Below are positions 28,272 to 37,428 of a DNA stretch of 64,000 bases, one piece after another. Position 1 is the stretch's first letter; each line of letters begins with the position of its first letter. Source of the stretch: a bacterium (GTDB taxonomy: Bacteria > Patescibacteriota > Patescibacteriia > UBA10025); NCBI GenBank assembly GCA_021815445.1, contig JAKAGM010000001.1, positions 723,710 to 787,709 on the forward strand, written 5' to 3'. A program made the translations under genes and the position numbers. The notes beneath the pieces are model-generated. The model worked only from the letters and a program-made list of their open reading frames with translations, was not told where the DNA came from and did no database searches.

Positions 28272-28595
28272 TCAATCACCGATAAATAAACTATGAAGGA
28301 GTACAAAAAGAATAGTGGCTATACCCGTGAAGATGGATAAATAAACCAGAAATGAGTGTTCTTTGTTTTTTCTGATCGCAAGTATCCCGGTAACAAAAGC
28401 GACCATTTCAATGAGAAAAGCAATTGGCACAGTTATATCCCACCAGCGATTGTCGAAAGAAAGTTTTTTAAACGCCAAAACAAGCGCTAAAGATGCGGCA
28501 ATGATAATAAGGAAAAGAACATTCAGTCCGGCTGACCACTGGCCCAATCTTGGCTTTGGTTTTTCCTGCGATTGACTGGGTATTTCTTTTTCCAT
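28272..28595 (-). CDS. small membrane protein, hypothetical
   Basis: 107 aa, three hydrophobic segments. Confidence 0.35.
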   Translation of the reverse strand: MEKEIPSQSQEKPKPRLGQWSAGLNVLFLIIIAASLALVLAFKKLSFDNRWWDITVPIAFLIEMVAFVTGILAIRKNKEHSFLVYLSIFTGIATILFVLLHSLFIGD

Positions 28596-28754
28596 ACCTT
28601 TCTCATCGGTTAATAGTTAAATTATACCAGGTAACTATAGCATAAAATTAAAAAAACCTCCCTTAATGCATAGGCAAAAGAACGTCTTCTGCTGAAGTTT
28701 TCCTTTAAATGCTGCGCCTGTTCGACTCATCTTATGAAATGGGTAGAAGAATGG

Positions 28755-29387
28755 TTATTTGCCAAAAATCACTTCTTCTAATTCCTGAGTTGTGTCGACA
28801 AGATAATCCGGATGCAGGGACCTCAGCTTTTCTTTTGGCATATACCCCCAGGTAACCGCGCAGGTTTTACATCCGACTTTTTTTCCAACTTCAACTTCAT
28901 GCGTTGAGTCGCCTACAAACAACACATCATCTGGTTTGAATTGAAGGTCCCGTATCATTTTTCGGACGGTCTCGTCTTTATGGTACACATCCCAGAGTAT
29001 GTCCTTGAAAAAATGTCTTACTTGGAACCTGTCGGCCTCTTGGAGAAGCGTCTTCTGAATATCCCCGCTGATCACGGCCATGCGGACATCCCTTTGGTAG
29101 AGGTCGGCAAGGAGTTCTTTCATTCCGTTGAAGATCGGCGGCGTATCACATCGCTGGATTGCTTTAGCATATGCCTGCTTTTGATTTTCGTGTGAAAGAT
29201 CGGGAAGAAATTTGTTGTAAAAAGCCATATAGGGCTGGCGGAATTCCTCGCGCGCTCGTTTCTTCGAAATTATTGGCGCGCCATACTGTTTGAATATAGC
29301 CATCGCGCAGGTATACCAATTATCAAAAGTGTCCGAAATAACTCCGGACCAATCAAAAATTATCAGTTTGAATTTGGCAGTAGTCAT
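28755..29387 (-). CDS. HAD-family hydrolase (phosphatase, subfamily IA-like)
   Basis: FDWSGV DxD motif I near N-terminus, VGDS motif IV. Confidence 0.7.
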   Translation of the reverse strand: MTTAKFKLIIFDWSGVISDTFDNWYTCAMAIFKQYGAPIISKKRAREEFRQPYMAFYNKFLPDLSHENQKQAYAKAIQRCDTPPIFNGMKELLADLYQRDVRMAVISGDIQKTLLQEADRFQVRHFFKDILWDVYHKDETVRKMIRDLQFKPDDVLFVGDSTHEVEVGKKVGCKTCAVTWGYMPKEKLRSLHPDYLVDTTQELEEVIFGK

Positions 29388-29507
29388 TTGAGTAGTATAG
29401 CATGCGCCCAGAGATTATTTGAAATAGCAAAGACTAAAGAATGCTAGGCTAGCCGTTCGAGGCCCGATGGAAAGGAGTCCCCGCCAGCCCGCATCGCGGA
29501 GCGAGGC

Positions 29508-29540
29508 CGGGGAGGCGGGTCCGCCTCTTTCTCTTTTTTT
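29508..29540 (+). terminator. terminator-like hairpin plus T-run on + strand with no upstream + strand gene
   Basis: GAGGCGG-gtc-CGCCTC followed by TTTCTCTTTTTTT. Confidence 0.4.
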
Positions 29541-29622
29541 ATGGCGGAGAACCCTCGCCACCCCGCTGCGTTGCACTTCGCGGGGCAGGTCGGTGCCGCT
29601 AAATACAAAAAAGGTGCAGAGG

Positions 29623-29695
29623 GGTGGCTAGAGGGAGTCGAACCCTCGTCATCGGTGCCACAGACCGATGCACTAACCACTGTGCTATAGCCACC
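29623..29695 (-). tRNA. tRNA-His (anticodon GTG) with encoded G-1
   Basis: Cloverleaf: acceptor GTGGCTA/TAGCCAC, D-arm GCAC-AGTGGTTA-GTGC, anticodon arm TCGGT-CTGTGGC-ACCGA, T-arm GAGGG-TTCGACT-CCCTC, discriminator C paired to G-1; no encoded CCA; acceptor helix extends 3 further bp into flanks. Confidence 0.85.
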
Positions 29696-29750
29696 CCTCT
29701 GCACCCTATTCCAATGGTTTATGGGTGGCATGAACGTATTGGTTTTTATA

Positions 29751-29836
29751 GGCTGGCAGGCGAACCGGTAACCACTGCCTGCCCCGTACTTGACGAGCGT
29801 CAGCGAGTCGTAGTACGGGGTGCTATAGCCGCCATG
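29751..29836 (-). pseudogene. tRNA-like fragment: copy of 5' part of tRNA-His (GCGGCTATAGCAC ... AGTGGTTA) interrupted by a 43-nt hairpin; not a foldable tRNA
   Basis: 13-mer GGCTATAGCAC + AGTGGTTA shared with tRNA-His 55 nt downstream; no matching 3' acceptor strand or T-arm. Confidence 0.3.
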
Positions 29837-29846
29837 TCAGATGAGT

Positions 29847-30539
29847 CTACAGTATTTTCTGGAGAACAATCAAGGTGATGCCGCCCAACATAGCTATCAG
29901 CCCCGCGAGCGTAAAAAGCGCGGCCTTTCTCCCCACTTCCTGTTCCATCATTTCCTCTGGTTTTGAGGAAATGTACAGCGGCCTGCGTCCCCGCATCATA
30001 TACAATTTATCTTCGCTTGAAAAGACTGAGCCGAATACATACACAGGCGAACCTATGGGAAAAGCGCGCTCGCGGACTCTCGCCTTGTGGCCAGTGATAA
30101 GATTTGTGAGATTCCGAAATTCCGGGCGCGGGAATACTTCCCCCGGCTCGAGAGTATGCTCGAATACTTGGGGAGCTTCTATAGCTGCCTCGGCGGGCGT
30201 GACAGCAACTGTGCCGGTACCGTCATAGATGCGGAAACGTTTCTTAGAATTTTCACGCCAGACACGGTGCCATGACTGCCCTTGGCGTCCCGATACATAT
30301 TCATAACGCTCTATTTCATATCCATACCACGCACAGGGGACTTTGCTGAACGGGGCGACTAACGGGGGTTCCAACTGTGCTGTGCCGGAAATCTCGGCAA
30401 TGATACCCGGTCGCAGCTCGCTAATCTGCATACGGTCGATAGTCCGCATGTCCGAGTGAACGCCGCGGTGCTTGTTAGCGACAAGCAACAGCGCGATGCC
30501 GACGCAGATGAATACAATACCAATGGGAATCATACGCAA
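29847..30539 (-). CDS. hypothetical membrane protein with N- and C-terminal TM helices flanking a ~170-aa domain
   Basis: 230-aa ORF; MRMIPIGIVFICVGIALLLV N-TM and AALFTLAGLIAMLGGITLIVL C-TM. Confidence 0.45.
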   Translation of the reverse strand: MRMIPIGIVFICVGIALLLVANKHRGVHSDMRTIDRMQISELRPGIIAEISGTAQLEPPLVAPFSKVPCAWYGYEIERYEYVSGRQGQSWHRVWRENSKKRFRIYDGTGTVAVTPAEAAIEAPQVFEHTLEPGEVFPRPEFRNLTNLITGHKARVRERAFPIGSPVYVFGSVFSSEDKLYMMRGRRPLYISSKPEEMMEQEVGRKAALFTLAGLIAMLGGITLIVLQKIL

Positions 30540-30542
30540 CTT

Positions 30543-30866
30543 CTAATTTAACGGAAATGTGGTTATCAACTGTTGGCAGTAATCGTAATCTTTGAAGTTT
30601 CCCTGCGGCTGAGCCACAAGAGCTTTGCATCGCGAGAGTTCATCGACGACCTGTTGGTGAAGGTTGAGGACTTTTTTTGCATCCTGGTTCTCCCGGTACA
30701 TCAACCGTATCCATACGAATCCGCCGGTAACAATGCCGATAGCAACAAGAATGACTGCAAGCCATAATTTGACTTTCGAGGTTTTGTGGCGAACCTGCGG
30801 CGGTATCTGGGGTGTGTCCATATAGTTGTATAACTGTATTATCGGCTTAAGTGGATAAATACTCAA
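30543..30866 (-). CDS. small single-TM hypothetical protein
   Basis: 107-aa ORF with one hydrophobic helix (LWLAVILVAIGIVTGGFVWI). Confidence 0.4.
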   Translation of the reverse strand: MSIYPLKPIIQLYNYMDTPQIPPQVRHKTSKVKLWLAVILVAIGIVTGGFVWIRLMYRENQDAKKVLNLHQQVVDELSRCKALVAQPQGNFKDYDYCQQLITTFPLN

Positions 30867-30885
30867 CCCTGCCTGCCATAGCCCA

Positions 30886-30957
30886 TGCCCTCGAGAGGAA
30901 TTGAACCTCTATGACCAGCTTAGAAGGCTGGTGCTCTATCCGTTGAGCTACGAGGGC
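30886..30957 (-). tRNA. tRNA-Arg (anticodon TCT)
   Basis: GCCCTCG-TA-GCTC-AACGGATA-GAGC-A-CCAGC-CTTCTAA-GCTGG-TCATA-GAGG-TTCAATT-CCTC-T-CGAGGGC-A cloverleaf; no encoded CCA. Confidence 0.85.
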
Positions 30958-31047
30958 ACAGGACATGGCGAGAAGAGTGCGCGAGAGAGAAATGTTTTAA
31001 AAAAATATCTTGATGAGTATAGCTGGTTGTCGTGCCAGCGTCAACAG

Positions 31048-32007
31048 TCAATCTCTCTTTCTGCGGCGAGCATGAAATGCTTTGTACACGTCGCGCAACT
31101 GCTGGTTGGTAATGTGGGTATAAATCTGCGTCGTGGTTATCGATGAGTGACCGAGCATTGACTGGACGGAGCGGATATCAGCTCCATTGATAAGCAAATC
31201 AGTCGCGTAGCTGTGCCGCAGGGTATGGGGAGTCACTTTTTTTGTGATGCCGGCTATCTTGGCATACCGCTCCACTATTCTCTGTACAGAACGCGGAGTA
31301 AGACCTTCATGATGGTTTTTCTCATCGCGGACGCTGATCTCGTGCGCCTTTGACGCCGCCCGGTCATGCCGCAAGAATAGTGATTCGGCATCATCCCGGC
31401 GCGATTCTAGATATTTTTTGATCCAGTGCTTGGCTTGGTTGGAGATAAATACCACTCTGAGTTTGCCGCCTTTGCCGCGGACGGTGAATTCGTCTTTGGC
31501 TAAGTTAATAGAACCCCGCTTGAGCGCGGCGAGCTCTGACACGCGCAGGCCGGATGAGAAGAGTAACTCAACGATGGCTTTGTCGCGCTGACGGATAATC
31601 TCAACTTCCTTCGTTGCCAGCGGCGCCTCGAGAAATCTTTCCAAATCATCCCCTTCGAGAAACGATACCTGTCGCTCGGGAATCTTTGCAAGCTCTATTT
31701 TTTCCGGCGCAAGCGCCGGTACGTCGTGCCGCGCAAGATATTTCAAGAACGAGCGCAGAGCGATGAGATGGTAATTTTGCGTCGTGCGCTTCAGAGACTC
31801 CTGATTTGGGTTACGCAGACGGTTGAGATACAGACGGTACTGGCGGACTTTTTCCATTGTGATATCCCCGGGATCCTTGAGGTTGCCCCATGCGAGGAAT
31901 CTCGCCAGGTAAAAATGATAGTTGCGCACGGTCAAAGGTGAAGTATTTTTCTCTACTTCAAGGTATTCGAGAAAATCGGTGACAAGTTTTTCGAGTTTTG
32001 AAGGCAT
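31048..32007 (-). CDS. tyrosine site-specific recombinase, XerC/XerD-like
   Basis: N-terminal core-binding FLEYLEVEKNTSPLTVRNY; catalytic R (GLRVSELAAL), HTLRHSYATDLL, GHSSITTTQIYTH; start set at MPSKLEK (32007), the 31-aa upstream extension rejected. Confidence 0.8.
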   Translation of the reverse strand: MPSKLEKLVTDFLEYLEVEKNTSPLTVRNYHFYLARFLAWGNLKDPGDITMEKVRQYRLYLNRLRNPNQESLKRTTQNYHLIALRSFLKYLARHDVPALAPEKIELAKIPERQVSFLEGDDLERFLEAPLATKEVEIIRQRDKAIVELLFSSGLRVSELAALKRGSINLAKDEFTVRGKGGKLRVVFISNQAKHWIKKYLESRRDDAESLFLRHDRAASKAHEISVRDEKNHHEGLTPRSVQRIVERYAKIAGITKKVTPHTLRHSYATDLLINGADIRSVQSMLGHSSITTTQIYTHITNQQLRDVYKAFHARRRKRD

Positions 32008-32252
32008 AACGGTAGGCTGAACACTCGAGTAAGGACAGCTTACATTATACGACACATGGGAGTTAGGTGCAAAGAAAAGCCGCACTATCAATACATGCAT
32101 AGTGCGGTGTCGAGACAGCCAAGCGAGGAGAGGTTCTTGTTCTGCCCTTGTCTGCAGTTGCAGAGAGGTGCAATTACCCTTCTAGGACGCTGGTGAGCGT
32201 CAACCTTTGCTTGGCCTGGATCAATTCGACCATCGCGAAGAGAAGACAGGAG

Positions 32253-32654
32253 TTAGTTTGCGAGCTCGGTCTTCACGACATCGAGAAGGAGTCTTCGGGC
32301 AAATGCGATCGTCCTCTCGAAGTCAATGCCGGTGGCCTTTGCGAGGTTACCGACGCGCCTCCTTATTGAGCTCGACTCGATGGTGAGCCTCATCGTTGTC
32401 AGACGATACTTGATCCACGCTACGCAAATTGCGTATTGGCGCGGCGTGAGAAGATCGGTATTCCCCCGAAGTAGCCGATTGGCAAGCGCGAAAAGCTCCT
32501 CATAGGAGACGAGTCCGGATGGCAAAGACCCGATATACCCCTGGTCATTGGCGGCAAGACGCCTTAATTCGACACTGTTTGGCTCAATCTTCGCTTTCTC
32601 CAGCGCGTACACAATAACTCGCGCCGCGATTAGACCATCTGACTCACTTTTCAT
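32253..32654 (-). CDS. hypothetical small protein (134 aa), possible HTH
   Basis: Start set at ATG 32654, preceded 8 nt upstream by a perfect AGGAGG SD (rare in this window); ORF-track extension to 32909 rejected. Confidence 0.45.
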   Translation of the reverse strand: MKSESDGLIAARVIVYALEKAKIEPNSVELRRLAANDQGYIGSLPSGLVSYEELFALANRLLRGNTDLLTPRQYAICVAWIKYRLTTMRLTIESSSIRRRVGNLAKATGIDFERTIAFARRLLLDVVKTELAN

Positions 32655-32994
32655 CTTGGACCTCCTGAGTGAAAAGAACGGTTGCCACGACACCCTCGTG
32701 GCCAAGGAAAAAAAAGTACTTGAACTGGCGAGCTCATTTAGCGCTTTTTTCAAAATAATGTCAAATAGGATATACCGACGTTTCCTGTTGACAAAGGTCG
32801 GTTTTTCTTTTACTAACACATGGAGACGGGTTATTGCTGTCACCACCGTCACTGGCGAGTGACGAGGTTGACAAACAAATGAATACACGCTATGCTCCAG
32901 CTTACTCAATCTACGACTTTCTGGGCTGAATACATAAGAGGACTGGTCCCCTCCAGCTCGGATGGCCGCTTATCAACTAACCACATATTAGACC

Positions 32995-33351
32995 ATGTTA
33001 ACAAAACAGCAGAAAGACCGGATCATAAAGAAATATAAGGTCCACGAAAAAGACACGGGGTCGCCTGAGGTGCAAATTGCGATCCTGACGGAAGAAGTCA
33101 AACAGCTGACGGATCATCTCAAAACCCATAAGAAAGATTTTTCCTCTAGGCGGGGCCTCCTGCGCAAGGTAGGTTTGCGGCGCCGGCTTTTTAGGTATTT
33201 GCAGAAGGAAAATCAAAAAAGCGCCGAGGAGCTCGCGAAGAAACTGAAAGTGAAGCTCGCGCCAGCCGTCCCACAATCCGAGCTCGGGCCTTCAATGATC
33301 GGCCTTCCTGAGGAAGGGCCGGAAAAACCAGAAGAACTTAAGGAAGAATGA
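32995..33351 (+). CDS. rpsO: 30S ribosomal protein S15 with C-terminal charged extension
   Basis: [46 protein letters not shown] matches S15 core. Confidence 0.9.
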   Translation: MLTKQQKDRIIKKYKVHEKDTGSPEVQIAILTEEVKQLTDHLKTHKKDFSSRRGLLRKVGLRRRLFRYLQKENQKSAEELAKKLKVKLAPAVPQSELGPSMIGLPEEGPEKPEELKEE

Positions 33352-33908
33352 AACTCGTCGAACAACGCGTCGGTGTCTTCGTCGATGTACAGAATATGTA
33401 CTACTCGGCAAAGAATTTGTATGGTTCAAAAGTGAACTTTGCGAATATCTTGAAAAAGGCGGTGTCAGGGCGCAAGCTGATCCGCGCTCTGGCGTACGTT
33501 ATCCGCGCGAACAACCCCGAAGAACAGAAATTCTTTGAAGCGCTCTCGATGCAGGGCTTCGAGGTAAGGATGAAGGACCTGCAGATTTTCGCCTCAGGCC
33601 TGCGAAAAGGCGACTGGGACGTCGGGATAGCTATGGATACCATTCGCCTCTCGGACAAGCTTGATGTGATCGTCCTCGTTTCGGGAGACGGAGATTACGC
33701 GCCCTTGATAGAGTACTTGAGAAACCACGGACACTACATCGAGGTCATTGCGTTTGGCGAATCATCGTCGCACAAAATCATAGAAGAAGCCGACGAGTTC
33801 ATGGACTTAAGCAAAGAAAAATCAAAATACCTTCTCGGCGCGCCCAGAAACGTGATCTACCCGCGAAAAGAAATACGAAAATCAAACACAGCACGTCCGA
33901 CTACTTAA
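33348..33908 (+). CDS. NYN-domain (LabA/limkain-b1-like) putative ribonuclease
   Basis: [15 protein letters not shown]...[27 protein letters not shown] matches PF01936 acidic motifs; start overlaps rpsO stop (ATGA). Confidence 0.8.
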   Translation: MKLVEQRVGVFVDVQNMYYSAKNLYGSKVNFANILKKAVSGRKLIRALAYVIRANNPEEQKFFEALSMQGFEVRMKDLQIFASGLRKGDWDVGIAMDTIRLSDKLDVIVLVSGDGDYAPLIEYLRNHGHYIEVIAFGESSSHKIIEEADEFMDLSKEKSKYLLGAPRNVIYPRKEIRKSNTARPTT

Positions 33909-34012
33909 CTTATTAATTTCTCATCGGCAGACAGCCTGAGCTCACTCTATAACCGTGCGCAAAGCAGTGAGGTCAGAAGCCTGCCGATTACGAGAATACA
34001 AGGAGACATCAT

Positions 34013-36256
34013 ATGGACCGAAAAAGGTTCGAAGCGGAAATCGGCGGTAAAAAACTTATTATTGAAACCGGACGCTTTGCCCAGCAGGCGGACGGCGCAT
34101 GCACCGTGCAATACGGCGATACGGTCGTTTTGGCAACGGCAGTCATGAGCAAAAAGGTGCGGGAAGGCATCGAATACTTTCCCCTGCTCGTCGACTTTGA
34201 GGAACGGCTCTACGCCGCAGGAAAAATAAAGGGTTCGCGTTTTATCAAGCGCGAAGGGCGTCCGTCAGACGAAGCCATCCTCACTTCACGGCTCGTCGAT
34301 AGGACAATCCGCCCGCTTTTTGACGACAGGTCAAGGCGCGACGTGCAGGTGGTGCTCACCGTGCTTTCCGTAGACCAGGAAAATGATTCCGACATCCCCT
34401 CACTCATCGCCGCATCGACTGCGCTTATGATTTCAGAAATCCCGTGGGCGGGACCCGTCGCGGGCGTTCGCGTCGGACAAATTAATGGAGAATGGGTATT
34501 GAACCCGACGTATGAGGCGCGCGAAAAAAGCGTCCTCGACCTCGTCGTGTGCGGTACCAAAGAAAATATCATCATGATAGAAGCGGGCGGCTCCCAGGTG
34601 GCAGAAGATACAATAATCGAGGCTATCCAGTTTGGCCAGAAGCATCTGATGAAAATTTACCCGCTCATAGAAGAGGTTCGTGCCGCTGTCGGCAAGGAAA
34701 AAGAAGTTATTGCGCTGGCTGAACCCGTTTCTGATGCCGTACGCGCAAAAGTAGAAACGTTTTGTTCTCCAAAAATTGACTCACTCCTCGCCCAGGCTGT
34801 CGGCAAAAAAGAGCATCACGAGACAATCGCCGCGCTGCGTCTCGAGCTTGATGAGGTTCTCAGAGCGGACAATGACGTGTCAAAAGACGACCGGGCTCAC
34901 GGACTTGATCTGCTCGACAGTATTTATGAGCAGCGGGCACGTGCGCTTGTTCTGGAAAAAGGAATCAGGGTTGACGGCAGGAAACTCGATGAATTACGCA
35001 CAATTACCTGCGATGCCGGTATCCTTCCCCGCACGCACGGATCAGGCCTATTTCAACGTGGTGAAACGCAAATTCTCTCGGTCGCAACGCTTGGCTCCCC
35101 CGGCGACGAGCAATTGCTCGATACGATGGAGCTCTCGGGCAAGAAACGGTATATGCATCACTACAATTTCCCCGGATTTTCGACCGGTGAGGTGGCGCCG
35201 CTCCGAGGCGCGGGCAGGCGCGAGATCGGCCACGGAGCTTTGGCAGAAAAAGCCCTCGTGCCGGTTTTGCCTGAAAAAGAGCAGTTCCCTTATACAATTC
35301 GCGTGGTTTCTGAAGCGCTCTCTTCAAACGGCTCCACGTCCCAGGGATCTATCTGCGGATCAAGCTTGGCGTTGATGGATGCCGGCGTGCCCATTAAGAC
35401 GCCAGTCGCGGGTATTTCCATCGGGCTCATTACAGACGAAAAGAATCCCTCGAAGTACAAAATACTCACCGATATCCAGGGAGTCGAGGACCATAACGGA
35501 GATATGGATTTCAAAATTGCCGGGACCCGGACAGGCATTACGGCGATCCAGATGGATACCAAACTTCACGGCATACCCTTTGCCGTCGTTCCAGAAGCAT
35601 TCGCTGCAGGAAAAACGGCAAGGATGAAAATTCTCGATACTATGGAGACTGCATTGCCCGCTCCCCGCGCAGAACTTTCTCCGTATGCACCGCGCATCAG
35701 TTCGCTGAAGGTTGATCCGGAAAAGATCCGCACAGTCATCGGGAAGGGCGGCGAAACGATCAACAAGATTATTGACGAGTGCGGCGGCGCCGACGTGATT
35801 AAGATAGACATAGAGGATGACGGACTCATTATGATTACCTCGCATAAATCCGACATGGCGGACAAGGCGAAGAAGTGGATCGAGGATCTGACGAAAGAAA
35901 TTAAAGTCGGCGAAATCTATGAAGGACCCGTGACGCAGATTATCAAGGACAGGATGAACGGCGACGAGATCGGTGCTATAGTGGAAATTCTTCCGGGACA
36001 TGAAGGCATGGTCCACATCTCCGAATTCTCAAACGAGAGGATCGCCAGGGTCACAGACGTCGTCCAAGTGGGCCAGACATTGAAAGTAAAAGTCATGGAT
36101 GTAGATGTGGAACGCAACCGCATCGCATTGTCGGTCAAAGCGCTGACCGAGCCGGAAGGCCCGTCATCGCGCTCCAGCAGGCCGATGCGTGAACGGCCTC
36201 GCTTTCCGCGATCTGGCGGTTTCTCCGGCAGACCAATTCCACGGCGGAGATTTTAA
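34013..36256 (+). CDS. pnp: polynucleotide phosphorylase (PNPase)
   Basis: 747 aa; two RNase PH domains, KH (IRTVIGKGGETINKI) and S1 (VGEIYEGPVTQI...) domains, Arg/Ser-rich tail. Confidence 0.9.
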   Translation: MDRKRFEAEIGGKKLIIETGRFAQQADGACTVQYGDTVVLATAVMSKKVREGIEYFPLLVDFEERLYAAGKIKGSRFIKREGRPSDEAILTSRLVDRTIRPLFDDRSRRDVQVVLTVLSVDQENDSDIPSLIAASTALMISEIPWAGPVAGVRVGQINGEWVLNPTYEAREKSVLDLVVCGTKENIIMIEAGGSQVAEDTIIEAIQFGQKHLMKIYPLIEEVRAAVGKEKEVIALAEPVSDAVRAKVETFCSPKIDSLLAQAVGKKEHHETIAALRLELDEVLRADNDVSKDDRAHGLDLLDSIYEQRARALVLEKGIRVDGRKLDELRTITCDAGILPRTHGSGLFQRGETQILSVATLGSPGDEQLLDTMELSGKKRYMHHYNFPGFSTGEVAPLRGAGRREIGHGALAEKALVPVLPEKEQFPYTIRVVSEALSSNGSTSQGSICGSSLALMDAGVPIKTPVAGISIGLITDEKNPSKYKILTDIQGVEDHNGDMDFKIAGTRTGITAIQMDTKLHGIPFAVVPEAFAAGKTARMKILDTMETALPAPRAELSPYAPRISSLKVDPEKIRTVIGKGGETINKIIDECGGADVIKIDIEDDGLIMITSHKSDMADKAKKWIEDLTKEIKVGEIYEGPVTQIIKDRMNGDEIGAIVEILPGHEGMVHISEFSNERIARVTDVVQVGQTLKVKVMDVDVERNRIALSVKALTEPEGPSSRSSRPMRERPRFPRSGGFSGRPIPRRRF

Positions 36257-36285
36257 GAACGACAACCCATAACAACCAATGCAGT

Positions 36286-36341
36286 GGCGGGATCTCTCTT
36301 CGAGCCTGAGTCTCAGAGCCGAAGGCCTGATCCCGCCTTTT
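36286..36341 (+). terminator. long GC-rich hairpin terminator after pnp (member of repeated hairpin family)
   Basis: GGCGGGATC-[tCTTCGAGCCTGAG-tct-CAGAGCCGAAGg]-GATCCCGCC followed by TTTTCGG. Confidence 0.6.
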
Positions 36342-36398
36342 CGGTGATCCATGCCATGATGTAATGACTATTACCGATGCCTCTGATATACTCCCACT

Positions 36399-36959
36399 AT
36401 GATTATCAGCCTCAGCGGAAAACCAGGTTCGGGAAAAAGCACCGTCGCGGAGAAACTTTCCGCGGCGCTCGGGTATGACCGGATCTACATCGGGGCGATG
36501 AGGCGGGAGATGGCGAAGAAAAGAGGGATGACGCTTGCGGAATTTAATGCCTGGAGCGAACATCATGAGGAGGGCGACAAGGAATTTGATGCCTATATAG
36601 AAAAAATCGGCAAAGAACGGGACAATTTCGTCATCGAAGGCCGGACGGCATTCCATTTTATCCCGCACTCGATCAAGGTCTTTCTCGAGGTGGACCTCCC
36701 GACAGCGGCAAAGCGAATTTATCATGACGCGCGCATCCATGAGCGCAATGAAGCGCACCGGCTTTCCTCAGTAGAAGACGTTCAGAGGTCTCTCACCGAG
36801 CGGATAAACTCCGACAGATTGCGGTACGAGAAATATTACCATCTGGATACCTACGATCACGGGCACTATGACCTTGTCGTGGACACATCCGGCAAAACTA
36901 TTGACCAGGTATACGGTATTATCATGAATTTCTTGAAAAACAAGGGTACAATTGCTTGA
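36399..36959 (+). CDS. cmk: cytidylate kinase-like P-loop NMP kinase (archaeal-type CMP kinase)
   Basis: MIISLSGKPGSGKST P-loop at N-terminus, 186 aa, LID-less short form. Confidence 0.7.
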   Translation: MIISLSGKPGSGKSTVAEKLSAALGYDRIYIGAMRREMAKKRGMTLAEFNAWSEHHEEGDKEFDAYIEKIGKERDNFVIEGRTAFHFIPHSIKVFLEVDLPTAAKRIYHDARIHERNEAHRLSSVEDVQRSLTERINSDRLRYEKYYHLDTYDHGHYDLVVDTSGKTIDQVYGIIMNFLKNKGTIA

Positions 36960-36984
36960 CACCGCGTAAATTCTGTGCTATACT
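36956..36984 (+). promoter_or_regulatory. near-consensus sigma70-type promoter TTGACA-N17-TGcTATACT
   Basis: TTGACA 36956-36961, 17-nt spacer, extended -10 TGCTATACT 36976-36984; the 12-mer TGTGCTATACTG recurs at 38043 directly upstream of the 38066 gene. Confidence 0.55.
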
Positions 36985-36990
36985 GCTCCT

Positions 36991-37420
36991 GTCAGGATAG
37001 ATACAAACAATAAAGTAGAGAAAGATCTTTCAAAAAACCAAGAAAAATACATTTTTGACAGGTCTTTCTCTACTGCTGAATACGTCGTGCTCACCGGCTG
37101 AAAAATAAAATAAAATAAAAAGGTTTATCCTTCATAGTTCCTATGAGAGATGTAACCGCGAGGTGGTAGAGAAGAGAACTCATCGAGAGTGAGCTGAAGA
37201 TGAGAAAAAAGGCTTTTCGACTTTGAGTATTGCTAGCTGCCAGTACGTCACCCGGTGATGAGGGAGTGACAGGACACAGGGTGAGGTATTGGCGGCTAGT
37301 GATCGCGTCAAAAAGCTTGAAGGCCCTCGCGCCTTTTAATAACTATGTTTTGAGGCGAACTTGGGCCTTTTAAATTTGGAAAAATTTCTTGCTTCCGCGA
37401 CAATGGGGCAAAGGGGTATA
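36991..37420 (+). ncRNA. candidate non-coding transcript (~430 nt, no ORF on + strand) downstream of consensus promoter; identity unknown
   Basis: No + strand ORF in six-frame track; contains 12-bp stem AGTAGAGAAAGA...TCTTTCTCTACT (37013-37088) and further hairpins; could instead be a long 5' UTR of rnhB. Confidence 0.2.
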
Positions 37421-37428
37421 CTGTACCC

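Noticed and set aside
29419-29450. Putative promoter (TTGAAA ... TAGGCT) for an orphan sRNA ending at the 29508-29540 terminator
   Set aside because: On recount the spacer is 20 nt and alternative -10 hexamers are poor. The terminator observation is kept, but no promoter is claimed.
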